Shown here in pieces: positions 28,659-38,601 of a DNA stretch of 64,000 bases (positions are counted from its first letter, which is position 1; each line of letters starts with the position of its first letter). The stretch lies in the sequence record OM728297.1; one strand, written 5' to 3'. Below the pieces are notes generated by a model. It saw only the letters and a list, made by a program, of their open reading frames with translations. It had not been told where the DNA came from and searched no databases. The position numbers and the translations under genes were made by a program.

Positions 28659-28671
28659 AAATATATATTAT
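28659..28671 (+). promoter_or_regulatory. Early-type promoter motif AAATATATATTAT
   Basis: Exact 13-mer just after holin terminator. Confidence 0.7.
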
Positions 28672-28710
28672 TTCTTTGTAATTAGATAACAAAAATTAAG
28701 GGGGAATAAT

Positions 28711-28857
28711 ATGAATTATTCAGTACATATTGCGTATAAAGAGTATGGAACATTCTACACTCAAATACCTGCAAAAGATTATAATGATGCTATTTCAAAA
28801 ATGATCAATAATGCAGTTATGGAAGGAAAGCAAATACTATCTATCAAAGTTTATTAA
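28711..28857 (+). CDS. Small early protein (48 aa, not in ORF track)
   Basis: RBS AAGGGGG; MNYSVHIAYKEYG... Confidence 0.55.
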   Translation: MNYSVHIAYKEYGTFYTQIPAKDYNDAISKMINNAVMEGKQILSIKVY

Positions 28858-28869
28858 GGAGTAAAGTTA

Positions 28870-29049
28870 ATGGCTGTTAATGATACTTTAGGAATGATTA
28901 TGGGTGTATTATTCATATTCATATTTACTTATGGACTAGTTACTGTTAAAACTAAATTAGAGAAAGCTATATTCTCAATATTTGCATTGTTATTTATTGG
29001 ATTCTTTATTTTTAATATTACTATGTTAGTATTGGAAACAACAAGATAA
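28870..29049 (+). CDS. Small two-TM early membrane protein (59 aa, not in ORF track)
   Basis: RBS AAGGAG; two hydrophobic helices. Confidence 0.55.
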   Translation: MAVNDTLGMIMGVLFIFIFTYGLVTVKTKLEKAIFSIFALLFIGFFIFNITMLVLETTR

Positions 29050-29068
29050 AATAAAGGAGTGATTAATA

Positions 29069-29437
29069 ATGGAACATTCATTTTGTCCAGAGTGTTATGA
29101 GATGAGAGATTTTAATGAAGTTTTTAAAAGTGATACATTTAATTTCTATGGACAAGAAATTGAAATTACTAGTCGTTTTCTAGAATGTACAATATGTGGG
29201 GAAGAGATTACTGATCCAAAGAGAATTGATGAAAATTTTATTAAAGCTTATACTAAGTATAGGAATGAAAATAACCTTCTTCATTCAGAAGAGATAAAAA
29301 ATATTAGAGAAAAGAAAAACTTATCTCAAGAAGAATTTGCAGAAATACTTGGTTGCTCTAAAAGAACTATTCAAAGAATTGAAACAGGAGCTTTACAAAC
29401 TAAAGAACAAGATAAAAAAATAAGAGAATTAGTTTAA
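29069..29437 (+). CDS. MqsA-like zinc-finger/XRE-HTH protein (orphan antitoxin-like)
   Basis: CPEC...CTICGE zinc ribbon then IKNIREKKNLSQEEFAEILGCSKRTIQRIETG. Confidence 0.8.
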   Translation: MEHSFCPECYEMRDFNEVFKSDTFNFYGQEIEITSRFLECTICGEEITDPKRIDENFIKAYTKYRNENNLLHSEEIKNIREKKNLSQEEFAEILGCSKRTIQRIETGALQTKEQDKKIRELV

Positions 29438-29465
29438 ATAACTAATTAATTGGGAGAGAAAACAA

Positions 29466-29954
29466 ATGGCAATGACAGCGCAAACAGAGGAATTAATGAA
29501 AATGAGAAATTTACGTTCTAGAGACATTCAAGGTAGAAAGGCAATCCTAACTGAAGATGTTGCATTCTTTACTTCTGTTTCTAGAAATGATAATAGTCTT
29601 GTTGTATTTGAAAAAGGAACAGAGGTTACTGGTGTTTATAGAATGACCAATACTGATTTATATATCTTTAGATTCAATGGTTTATATAATTTTCCTATTA
29701 GATCATATAAATTTGAATGGAAAGACGAAAGAGAAGATGATAATTTATATAATGGGGGAAAAGACTTTACCTACTGTACTGAATGTAATGAAGTTCTTAA
29801 TAGTGAAGATGACTTATACCCAGATATGTGTAATGAATGTGGTACAGAAAAATCATATAATTTTAGAAAACCAATGAAATTTAGTAATGATAATGATGAA
29901 TTTTACGAAATTACCAATTATGAACCAGTAGGATATTCAACTGATAATGACTAA
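29466..29954 (+). CDS. Hypothetical early protein with C-terminal zinc ribbon
   Basis: CTEC...CNEC. Confidence 0.6.
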   Translation: MAMTAQTEELMKMRNLRSRDIQGRKAILTEDVAFFTSVSRNDNSLVVFEKGTEVTGVYRMTNTDLYIFRFNGLYNFPIRSYKFEWKDEREDDNLYNGGKDFTYCTECNEVLNSEDDLYPDMCNECGTEKSYNFRKPMKFSNDNDEFYEITNYEPVGYSTDND

Positions 29955-29978
29955 GTAGATAATTCATGGGGAATTTAA

Positions 29979-30020
29979 AATAAGAACAATCTTATATAGA
30001 GGTTGTTCTTATTTTTTTTT
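29979..30020 (+). terminator. Terminator hairpin overlapping a late promoter
   Basis: AATAAGAACAATC/GGTTGTTCTTATT plus T tract; AACA ATCTTA TA at 29985-29996. Confidence 0.65.
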
Positions 30021-30061
30021 TATTATATGTTTAAAAATTATTTAAATGGGGAGAATTATAA

Positions 30062-31312
30062 ATGAGAGAATCTAGAATAGTGGCGTGTAAAATATCAACA
30101 TCTATTTCTTCTTTAATTGGAAATATTACTGGTTATGCTAGATATTTTTTATCTACAAAGTTTCCTCCTGATTTTTTTAAAGATACTCATATTAGTGGTG
30201 CTTTAAATGAAATAAGAATGGAAAATGTAGATATTACAAAATTAAGAAAACCTACTCTAATTATGACACCTGAATATAACGGTGAAACCGGATTTATGGA
30301 ATTGTTACCAAATTGGCACACAACACAATATTTTACCTTTAAGAATCCAAGGAAGAAATATAATGGTGTACTATACGATAATAAAAATGATATTTATATA
30401 TACTCAATACCTGATAGAATTAAGGTAAACTTCAATATTAAAATAAAGTTACCATCTGAATTGTATGCTTATGATGTACTACATTATGTAAAACAAACAT
30501 TTGAAACTGGTGGATATTTCTATTTAAATGATGTAAGTTTACAAACAGAATTACCAAAGATGTATACTAAAATTATAGAGAAAAAATTAAATCTAGATCC
30601 AACTAAACCAGATGATAGGGAGAAGTTAGAGGAATACTACTTGGCTAATTCTTATAATGCGATCACAGAAAAAATCAATCAATCTTCAGGTAATAGCCAG
30701 TATGCATATACTTATAAAACTAATATTCTTGTAAATATTCCTGATTTACCTACTTATGAAAAAAATGAAAATGGTTTAATTACTGATAGTACAACAGTAA
30801 ACTTTCCTTTTTCCTTTGAACTATGGTCTCATTCAAATTATATAATGGAAACTAAAGACGATCCAATAATAGACACAATTAGTAATGAGCCAAGTATTGA
30901 AGGAAGAACTATGAAATATGACTTTTTTCTTCCTACCCATTTTATAAAAGAACAATATGATAGTATGCATCTAATTGTGCATAAACAATTCCTTCCAGAT
31001 ATTAATACAGAAGTTGACATATTAGATTTTAGTCCACTCATTAACTCCGAGTTAAGAGGAGTTATAGAGGAAGCACTAAAGCAAAAATTAGATATGTCAA
31101 AACTCTTGAAAGCCAGAGTATTAGTAGATAACAAAGAGATATATGAGGAACTCTTTAATGTGGATTGGAAGACTCTCAACTTAATAACGAAAGAACCTAT
31201 GTATAACATGACTTATACGCTAATGATTTATGGTGATTTAAAAATTTTAAACCTCATAAGTAAGTATATTGCGGAGGGCACAAAGGAGAAGATATCTGAA
31301 ATAGAACTATAA
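30062..31312 (+). CDS. Probable virion structural protein (tail completion-like)
   Basis: 416 aa, late promoter, beta-rich. Confidence 0.4.
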   Translation: MRESRIVACKISTSISSLIGNITGYARYFLSTKFPPDFFKDTHISGALNEIRMENVDITKLRKPTLIMTPEYNGETGFMELLPNWHTTQYFTFKNPRKKYNGVLYDNKNDIYIYSIPDRIKVNFNIKIKLPSELYAYDVLHYVKQTFETGGYFYLNDVSLQTELPKMYTKIIEKKLNLDPTKPDDREKLEEYYLANSYNAITEKINQSSGNSQYAYTYKTNILVNIPDLPTYEKNENGLITDSTTVNFPFSFELWSHSNYIMETKDDPIIDTISNEPSIEGRTMKYDFFLPTHFIKEQYDSMHLIVHKQFLPDINTEVDILDFSPLINSELRGVIEEALKQKLDMSKLLKARVLVDNKEIYEELFNVDWKTLNLITKEPMYNMTYTLMIYGDLKILNLISKYIAEGTKEKISEIEL

Positions 31313-31334
31313 AAATTAGAAAGATGGGATTCAC

Positions 31335-31619
31335 ATGAAATTAGAAGAGCTTTATCAGACACTTAAAAATGAGTATCTTTCAGGTAAATTTTATATTGAA
31401 GATAATAAAATTAATTGGATTTACAGTACTGAAGGTGTAAAAAGTGCTGAAGAAGCTGAAGACAGATGGCTTTCCTTTCTAGGTGCAAAAATTACCGCCG
31501 AGAATATCATTGAGGGAACAAACTTTGAAATTATTCAAAAGTTTGAAAGTAATAATAAGATTGGTTTTTCAATTAGAGAAAAACTAGTCAAAAAGAAACA
31601 AGAATGTTTCTATTATTAA
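31335..31619 (+). CDS. Hypothetical protein
   Basis: 94 aa ORF followed by terminator. Confidence 0.55.
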   Translation: MKLEELYQTLKNEYLSGKFYIEDNKINWIYSTEGVKSAEEAEDRWLSFLGAKITAENIIEGTNFEIIQKFESNNKIGFSIREKLVKKKQECFYY

Positions 31620-31681
31620 AAAGATAAAATATCTCCTATCTGGAGATATTTTATCTTCATACCGTATTATAGTAATATTTC

Positions 31682-31694
31682 AAATATATATTAT
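31682..31694 (+). promoter_or_regulatory. Early-type promoter motif AAATATATATTAT
   Basis: Exact 13-mer upstream of 31820-33859 cluster. Confidence 0.7.
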
Positions 31695-31819
31695 ATTAAT
31701 GTTAATAATAGGGATTAGCTAAGAGAAAGGAGAAACAGTATTAATGAATAAATTATATTTAAAATTACATAATATTAAAACATAAAATATGGAAAAGAAG
31801 TGCATAAGGAGAGAATAAA

Positions 31820-32056
31820 ATGAGATCACAACTATTTAAAGATTTATTAAAAAAGTATAAAGAAGATAATGAGAATTTTAAATTAAGTGTTTGTGGTAGA
31901 GAGTATAGAATAACAGATGTTGTTAATGCTATTGAGATTTTTAGAGATGTTATTTTGGGAACTAAGTTTGATTGTAATTTTAGTGTATCACAAGATGGAA
32001 GTATAATTACTGCTGAAATTTCTATATTTAAGATTGAAGACAAGGAAGTAATCTAA
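31820..32056 (+). CDS. Hypothetical early protein
   Basis: 78 aa, RBS AAGGAG. Confidence 0.6.
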   Translation: MRSQLFKDLLKKYKEDNENFKLSVCGREYRITDVVNAIEIFRDVILGTKFDCNFSVSQDGSIITAEISIFKIEDKEVI

Positions 32057-32082
32057 AGAGATAATATTGGGGGAATATAATA

Positions 32083-32538
32083 ATGTACAGAGCAGATAAA
32101 GAATTCTATTCAAAGAAAATCGATAAAATGATATCTAATGTAATTGATGATTATACTGATGAGCCGTATTATGAATTCTTTGATAAAGGAATTAGTATTG
32201 AAAGTCTAATAAGAGAAGAGAATAGAAATAATCCTGTTGAAAAATCATTTTTAGAAGCATTAAAAGAGTTCAATATTAAATTAGATGTTCCAATGTTTGC
32301 TCATCTAAAAGATAGAAATGATCCTTTTGATTTACTTAATGTATTTCTATTAAAAGAATATGTAGTGATATTGAGTTATTATTCAATCGGAAGTGTAGTT
32401 GATACAGCATCAATTTATAAACTAAATGATCCTAAAGGTTATTTTAAAGAAGAACCCTTGGATGTTGAGCCTGAATCAATTGATATTCTATTTGAAAGAA
32501 AAAGAAATGAAGAATCAAAATTAATTAATGTGAAATAA
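32083..32538 (+). CDS. Hypothetical early protein
   Basis: 151 aa, RBS GGGGG. Confidence 0.6.
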   Translation: MYRADKEFYSKKIDKMISNVIDDYTDEPYYEFFDKGISIESLIREENRNNPVEKSFLEALKEFNIKLDVPMFAHLKDRNDPFDLLNVFLLKEYVVILSYYSIGSVVDTASIYKLNDPKGYFKEEPLDVEPESIDILFERKRNEESKLINVK

Positions 32539-32598
32539 TAATGGATAAGTAAGGAATATTCCTTACTTATCCATCCTATTCTATTTGGAGGTATAGTA

Positions 32599-32925
32599 AT
32601 GATAAAAATAGAAACAAAAAATGATACTGCAATGATTAAAGATGAATCTCTTAGGAAATCAACTGAAGAAGTATTAAATTATTATTTAAGTGCTCTAGGA
32701 GTAGAAGACCTAAAGAATAATGAAACAGTTACTATCTATGCTATTAGAGAATCGGGTAAACTAGAAGATCATGTTGTTGCAATGGAAATTGAATATATTG
32801 AGAGACAAATTGGGAATGTTGTTTCAATAAATGTTATAGACCATGATAAAGATCATAATATCATCTATATAATCGATTATAACAATATTGTAGATCCAGA
32901 AATTAAATCAATAAGAATAGAATAG
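32599..32925 (+). CDS. Hypothetical protein
   Basis: 108 aa, RBS GGAGGT. Confidence 0.6.
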   Translation: MIKIETKNDTAMIKDESLRKSTEEVLNYYLSALGVEDLKNNETVTIYAIRESGKLEDHVVAMEIEYIERQIGNVVSINVIDHDKDHNIIYIIDYNNIVDPEIKSIRIE

Positions 32926-32937
32926 GAGTTACTATAA

Positions 32938-33438
32938 ATGGTACAAATCCTTAATTTAAGTGAAGGATCAGCAAATGATAAAATAAAAGAAGTTGAAAGA
33001 TTAAGAGATGAATTTGATAATAATAGTTTTACTTTATATACTATGGAAACTAAGATAATGGGAGTTGAAGATAGAATAACGAGAATCTATCTAGGTGACT
33101 TATTATTAATGCATGCATCTAATCACCTTATTGTACCTGATAAAATGGGAAATCCTATGCAATCCAGCAGTGGTGTAACAGTATTTAATGGTTCTAGAGA
33201 ACAACAAAGAATATTAGAAGTTGGTATTGGTGGATGGGATGCATTTAAATTTTGGATTTCTAATACTACTTTCTTATATGCATTTAGATGCAAAAATTTT
33301 AGAGATTTATTAAATGGTTCAAAGCAAATTGACCCAATGATTAATAGTATCTTTTATAAATTCTTTAAAAATCCAGATGTTAGAGAACAATTTACTCGTG
33401 TTTTAAATGAAGCTAGAATTGATATTAAGGGGAATTAA
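32938..33438 (+). CDS. Hypothetical protein
   Basis: 166 aa, RBS AGGAG. Confidence 0.6.
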   Translation: MVQILNLSEGSANDKIKEVERLRDEFDNNSFTLYTMETKIMGVEDRITRIYLGDLLLMHASNHLIVPDKMGNPMQSSSGVTVFNGSREQQRILEVGIGGWDAFKFWISNTTFLYAFRCKNFRDLLNGSKQIDPMINSIFYKFFKNPDVREQFTRVLNEARIDIKGN

Positions 33439-33441
33439 TAA

Positions 33442-33681
33442 ATGTTAGATAATAGTATAGATGAGCGTATGATGACAGCTAAACTAAATATCTCTTTTAA
33501 AATAAAAAAAGAGTTACAAAAAAGAAAAATATCTATACGTCAGTTAGCAGAAAATATAGGATTAAAACATCCTCAAATAGTAAGAATAACTAATGCTGAT
33601 AATTATAATATCAATACATTATTAAAAATTTTAGATGGTCTAGATTTAGAAGTTACGATTCAAAATAAAAATAAGCAGTAA
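33442..33681 (+). CDS. XRE-family helix-turn-helix protein
   Basis: IKKELQKRKISIRQLAENIGLKHPQIVRITN...INTLLKILDGLD. Confidence 0.8.
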   Translation: MLDNSIDERMMTAKLNISFKIKKELQKRKISIRQLAENIGLKHPQIVRITNADNYNINTLLKILDGLDLEVTIQNKNKQ

Positions 33682-33697
33682 ATAAGAGGTAAAATAG

Positions 33698-33859
33698 ATG
33701 ATCAAAGATTTAAAAACTATTGCTCTATGTTTAGTTGGGTTTATTATTATATTCTTCATAATTAAAACATTTATGTATTCTAATGAGGAAGAAGAATGTC
33801 TAAAAAGAGATCATTATGTAGATGATTCTAAATGGGAAGAATATTGTAAAAATAAATAG
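33698..33859 (+). CDS. Small membrane protein (53 aa, not in ORF track)
   Basis: RBS AGAGGT, single TM helix. Confidence 0.5.
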   Translation: MIKDLKTIALCLVGFIIIFFIIKTFMYSNEEEECLKRDHYVDDSKWEEYCKNK

Positions 33860-33901
33860 AGAGAATAATCCTATATCATGTGATATAGGATTATTTTTTT
33901 T

Positions 33902-34636
33902 TTATGCATAAATAAGATATTCAATTAATACTGTTTTAGTAAGAGATGTGAGTGACTCTGAATCAAAAGTTACTCTTGAAAATAGCTCAGTATCTTTATA
34001 AGTATTATTAGCTTCATCATACTCAGCAAATACTAAGCCTAGTTCATTAATGAGATATCCTCTAGTTTCATCTGCATTAATTTTAAGCATAATCTTTTGA
34101 TAAACTTCATTATTTTCTTTACTGAATACCCATTGAGGTTCTACTTCAAAAACTTTACCATAATATTCAGTAGTTCCATCAGATCTTACTTCAGGCAGAT
34201 AATAACGTTTTCTTTGTTCTTCTGAAAGTTCCTCAATAATAGAAGGATTATTTTCTTTTTCAGGAGTTTCATGCTTTGCTGGATCCTGAACAACAAATGG
34301 AACTGGCTTTGCTAGATCTTCGTCACTATACAATGGTGCAAAAGGTTGGAAAGGTGCAGATTCAATATCAGCGCCACCTGAACCTACTTTAAATAAGCAA
34401 ATACTTCTATTTAAGTTAACTCTATAACCTGAAGCTTCTGCATCAATCGGTTTACCAAATAAACGCTCCAAAGCATATGTTCTTCCACGTAGTACAATTA
34501 GATTATCTTTTTCTAAAATTGTATTTCCAAATTCATCCATTACTTTTACTTTACCTTTTAATCCCATGCCAGAACTTGGCTGAGAAGTTTTATCTCCAAT
34601 ATTAATCCCATCATTGAATTTCAATTTTTCAGTCAT
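33902..34636 (-). CDS. Baseplate/tail-collar fibre-base protein
   Basis: DNLIVLRGR, FKVGSGG, INELGLV, LFSRVTF pattern; start moved to ATG 34636 (RBS GGAGG). Confidence 0.6.
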   Translation of the reverse strand: MTEKLKFNDGINIGDKTSQPSSGMGLKGKVKVMDEFGNTILEKDNLIVLRGRTYALERLFGKPIDAEASGYRVNLNRSICLFKVGSGGADIESAPFQPFAPLYSDEDLAKPVPFVVQDPAKHETPEKENNPSIIEELSEEQRKRYYLPEVRSDGTTEYYGKVFEVEPQWVFSKENNEVYQKIMLKINADETRGYLINELGLVFAEYDEANNTYKDTELFSRVTFDSESLTSLTKTVLIEYLIYA

Positions 34637-34685
34637 TATTGAAACCTCCAATTTATTATATTTACAAATAAATGTTTACTATTCT

Positions 34686-36902
34686 TTAAACTTCCTCATA
34701 AATAACCTTATCTTCTTGATTCTCTTCAGATACAGTTATTTTTACTGACTCTTTCAATAACATAGTATCATTATTGTTTAAACTAGACTCATAATTAAAG
34801 CGATCAGATAATTTATAGATATCATGTTGATTTATTTGAATATCTGAAATTTTATATTGATCATGATAACCTATACCTTCTATTGGTGAGTGAATTGTAT
34901 GAACTATTCGATCATCATTGAGAACCATATTAGAATCATCTTTATACAATTGAGATTGCCACCACATTACATCTCTTATATTTAATGGTACTTTGATATT
35001 AAGATTAGTATCTAAGATATTAGAAATATCTAATAGATCGATAGTGCTTGCAAAACTATGATCTGTTGTTGCACTAAAATCATCAAATAATTTAAGAGTA
35101 TTAAATGTTTTATCATCAAATGAAAATACAATATTAGCTGATAAAAGATCAATAGTGTATGATTTAAAAATACTAATAATTGTATAAAGATATTTTTCTA
35201 TATATGAACTTAGTCCAATAAAATTATTATTTGTAAAATATCTTCTTACTTTCGGATCACTAATATAGTTTCCAATTGATTCAGTTAATTCAAATACTCT
35301 GTCTTTATAAAAATTAGCTAATAATTTCTCACTATCTTTAATAGTATCTGGTACTTGAATATATTTATATAGATCATAATTTCTTGTTTTAATGTAATCA
35401 CTAAATGTTTCACTATCACCATAAATAGAATTGCTGATTTTAGTCCTCATTTCAATATCCCATATCTCTTGAAGTTTTCTATAGATATGATAGTTATCAG
35501 TTTCTATAATCATATCTTCTAGATATTTTCGCATTTTCTCATTTGTATTAAAAACCTCTAAGAAATCTTCGATAGAATATTTTTCTTTCTCAAAACCTGT
35601 CATTTTAAAATTCTCAGTAAATTCAATAATTTCTTTATAATTATTGATTCTAGAAGCATTTTTAATAGCTATCTCTTTAATTTCACTCATTATACTACTA
35701 ATATCTATACTATTTTCTATGTCCCGATAGCCATAGATATAATTAATAACATCTGGATTCTTACTTATAGTATCCCTATAACCATGACTTCTAATAACTA
35801 AAGATTGCAGAGCTACTATAGCATCATATATCTTGACTATATTTTCAGAAATACTTCCGTTAATAAATCCAAAGTCAATGCCTTCTTTTTGACTATAATC
35901 TAATTGAAACTTATTTAATATTGACATGAAATAAGCTAACCCAATTGTTTCATTCATAGCATCTATTGTAGTATCAACACTCATATATTTTGAATTAATA
36001 AAATTAAAAGGAATGCTCTTTACTTCATCTTCTGATGCTTGCCAATAAGGATCATTTGAAACAATTGAATTATAATCTAGAATAATATCTTTTTTAAAAT
36101 CAACTTCTTTATCAGCAGGTGTTTTAAAAAACATTAGATAAGGATCATTATAGTTTAATTTCCCAGTTCTTGGATCTGTACTATAACCCTTTGCCAATAC
36201 ATATCTATATATCTCTATATTATCAAAACCAAATAAATTGATAATTTCAAGAATAGCCTGATTAGTTCCTTTATGAGATAATAATGTATTAATCATTTTT
36301 AATAATCTTCTTTGATAGTTAATTGGCATATCCTCAAAATAATCAAGACCAACTGAAATAAATGCATTTTTAAGAGTCCTCATATCATAAACATCTATAT
36401 TAAAGAAATTTTCCATCTTTCTAGTTAGATATCTCTGGACGGTAGAGAATATTAAGAACAATTTAATAAATCCTCTATACATATCTTGGTTTTTAAATGC
36501 CTTAGTAGAGGTAACTTTATTATGATAATTTAGTACTTCATAGTAGCACTCATAAAATAGATTCATTTCTTCTCTTGATAAAGTAGGTCTTGTAGCTAAT
36601 AAAATATGAAGATCTTTGGCAGTTCTAGAAGTTAAATAGTCTATACCCCAGTTATCATACAATTCTTTATAGTAACTATTTAACTCAGTATAACCATCAA
36701 TTATTTTTTTCTTAGTTTCTTCATCTACATCATATAAACCTAAACGTATATTTATGAATTCATTAGACAAACGATAAGAATTTGTAGTTTCCAAGGAATC
36801 AGCTAATTCAGTATCTTTTAGAATGAGACCATTGGCGAACTCAAGGACGCTTTCAATCTCATTTATATCCCCTTGTGAGAGGACACTATAATTGCTTCCC
36901 AA
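34686..36902 (-). CDS. Baseplate wedge protein
   Basis: LLSHKGTNQAILEIINLFG motif typical of P2 gpI/T4 gp7-like wedge proteins; late promoter at 36926-36937. Confidence 0.55.
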   Translation of the reverse strand: MGSNYSVLSQGDINEIESVLEFANGLILKDTELADSLETTNSYRLSNEFINIRLGLYDVDEETKKKIIDGYTELNSYYKELYDNWGIDYLTSRTAKDLHILLATRPTLSREEMNLFYECYYEVLNYHNKVTSTKAFKNQDMYRGFIKLFLIFSTVQRYLTRKMENFFNIDVYDMRTLKNAFISVGLDYFEDMPINYQRRLLKMINTLLSHKGTNQAILEIINLFGFDNIEIYRYVLAKGYSTDPRTGKLNYNDPYLMFFKTPADKEVDFKKDIILDYNSIVSNDPYWQASEDEVKSIPFNFINSKYMSVDTTIDAMNETIGLAYFMSILNKFQLDYSQKEGIDFGFINGSISENIVKIYDAIVALQSLVIRSHGYRDTISKNPDVINYIYGYRDIENSIDISSIMSEIKEIAIKNASRINNYKEIIEFTENFKMTGFEKEKYSIEDFLEVFNTNEKMRKYLEDMIIETDNYHIYRKLQEIWDIEMRTKISNSIYGDSETFSDYIKTRNYDLYKYIQVPDTIKDSEKLLANFYKDRVFELTESIGNYISDPKVRRYFTNNNFIGLSSYIEKYLYTIISIFKSYTIDLLSANIVFSFDDKTFNTLKLFDDFSATTDHSFASTIDLLDISNILDTNLNIKVPLNIRDVMWWQSQLYKDDSNMVLNDDRIVHTIHSPIEGIGYHDQYKISDIQINQHDIYKLSDRFNYESSLNNNDTMLLKESVKITVSEENQEDKVIYEEV

Positions 36903-36959
36903 TCGTGTTCACCTCGCTTATTATTTATCTTTATGTTCAGAAATGGAGGAAATGTGAAA

Positions 36960-37625
36960 ATGATAAAAAAAATTAATAGTCCTGCTAAAGTCAATAATAT
37001 TGTAAATATTCAGAGTGTACAGAATAATGATAATATTTTATTAAAAAATATGGATGGTTACTTCCAAGAAAAATTTTATTTTACTGATATCTATGATGAT
37101 ACTAAAATGAAAAAATTAGTTGGATCTATTAAAAGTCAAATTAGATCGAGTGATGAGTATTCCCATTATATTGGTTTCCTTAAGAATGAATTAGGTTTAT
37201 CTCATTGTGCTGTTTTAGGAAATGTATCAGCAGAAGATGCGTCATTAGAGTTTCACCATTATCCTTTTACTATACATGACATAATTAATCTTTCAATTAG
37301 TAGAAATATCCTTTTAGGAAAAAAATTTAATTCTTTTACTATTATAAAGGAAGTATTAGATGATCATTATAATAATATAATAGGTCTAGTACCATTATCA
37401 CTAACAGTTCATGAACTGGTTCATGCTGGTGAAATATTTGTTAATTTAAATCAAGTTTATGGTGATATAAATGAATTTAATAAAAAATATTCATTTGCTA
37501 TGACTGATGATATGATTGAAAAATTTAATAAATTAATAGAACTAAGTGAGAGTAATGCACCATATAGTGAAACTAATATTCTCAAAAAAATATATGATAA
37601 AATTGAAGATAACGATAGAACTTAA
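36960..37625 (+). CDS. Degenerate HNH/His-Me finger-like protein, paralog of 24780-25484
   Basis: LEFHHYPFT ... IGLVPLSLTVHELVH. Confidence 0.55.
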   Translation: MIKKINSPAKVNNIVNIQSVQNNDNILLKNMDGYFQEKFYFTDIYDDTKMKKLVGSIKSQIRSSDEYSHYIGFLKNELGLSHCAVLGNVSAEDASLEFHHYPFTIHDIINLSISRNILLGKKFNSFTIIKEVLDDHYNNIIGLVPLSLTVHELVHAGEIFVNLNQVYGDINEFNKKYSFAMTDDMIEKFNKLIELSESNAPYSETNILKKIYDKIEDNDRT

Positions 37626-37648
37626 TCTATCGTTATCTTCACTATTTA

Positions 37649-37921
37649 TTAACTAATGAACGGCTCCCATTCATTATTCTTGTCATTTAGAATTTTACTT
37701 TCTGTTGTTCCACTATCATACATTGACCAATCGTGAAACCTTTCAGCTGATTCATGAGAATCTTTATCACATAATGCTTCATAATATAAAGTTTTATCAT
37801 CATCATATACACGTACTCTTTCTACGTTTTTACCTTTATAATCATCTGTGACTTTTTCCAAAACATCTGATTCTCTATTTCTTTTTTCTGATAGAAAGTC
37901 TCTTACTACTTTAAATCCCAT
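37649..37921 (-). CDS. Hypothetical early protein
   Basis: 90 aa, RBS GGAG; RVYDDDKTLYYE motif. Confidence 0.6.
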   Translation of the reverse strand: MGFKVVRDFLSEKRNRESDVLEKVTDDYKGKNVERVRVYDDDKTLYYEALCDKDSHESAERFHDWSMYDSGTTESKILNDKNNEWEPFIS

Positions 37922-37947
37922 TTTAAATCATCTCCATAATAATATTA

Positions 37948-38502
37948 TTACTTTACTTTCTCCTTAGCAAGTGTTTTAAGTTTCAATAGACATTTTTCTT
38001 TCCTTCTTTGCTCTTTTAACATTTCATCAATAATTCGTTTTTCACGTTCAAGATAAATTTCATAATATTCATTAATTAAATCAAAACTAAAATTAACTTG
38101 TGGATAATATTGATTTATTTCTCTCTCAAAGATTACAGCTGGAACAGTAGTATTTCTAAATCCTTCAAGAGCTTTCCCAATCGCCTTTAGACTATCACAA
38201 TCACCATCTACTCTTTCAAAATTAACATAATCCATTTCTTGTCCAAACTCTTCTGCTAGATTACTAGTAAAACCAATAAGTATTTCAATATCTCTTTTTA
38301 ATTCCCTAATATCAATATAACACGAATCATCTTTTTCTTGATTCCCCAATCGATAATTACTACCCTCATGTTTTAATGCCCTATTGGTATCATCAATAAC
38401 AATAGGTCTTAACTTACCAAATATGTTTGCATCATTTAACTCCTTTACTAAGTTCTCCAATGCTACTAATGTCATATCTTTTCCCAAATGAAAAACCTCC
38501 AT
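37948..38502 (-). CDS. Hypothetical early protein (true start probably TTG 38487)
   Basis: The first codons contain GGAGG, 8 nt before an in-frame TTG. Confidence 0.55.
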   Translation of the reverse strand: MEVFHLGKDMTLVALENLVKELNDANIFGKLRPIVIDDTNRALKHEGSNYRLGNQEKDDSCYIDIRELKRDIEILIGFTSNLAEEFGQEMDYVNFERVDGDCDSLKAIGKALEGFRNTTVPAVIFEREINQYYPQVNFSFDLINEYYEIYLEREKRIIDEMLKEQRRKEKCLLKLKTLAKEKVK

Positions 38503-38526
38503 ATTAATAAAACTTTTATCATTAAT

Positions 38527-38539
38527 ATAATATATATTT
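38527..38539 (-). promoter_or_regulatory. Early-type promoter motif AAATATATATTAT
   Basis: Exact 13-mer upstream of 38502. Confidence 0.7.
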
Positions 38540-38558
38540 AAAATTTACATTTACTATG

Positions 38559-38570
38559 AACAATAGAATA
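38559..38570 (+). promoter_or_regulatory. Late-type promoter of virion RNAP subunit gene
   Basis: AACA ATAGAA TA. Confidence 0.55.
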
Positions 38571-38601
38571 GAGACATATAGAGATATGGAGGTTGAAATA
38601 A

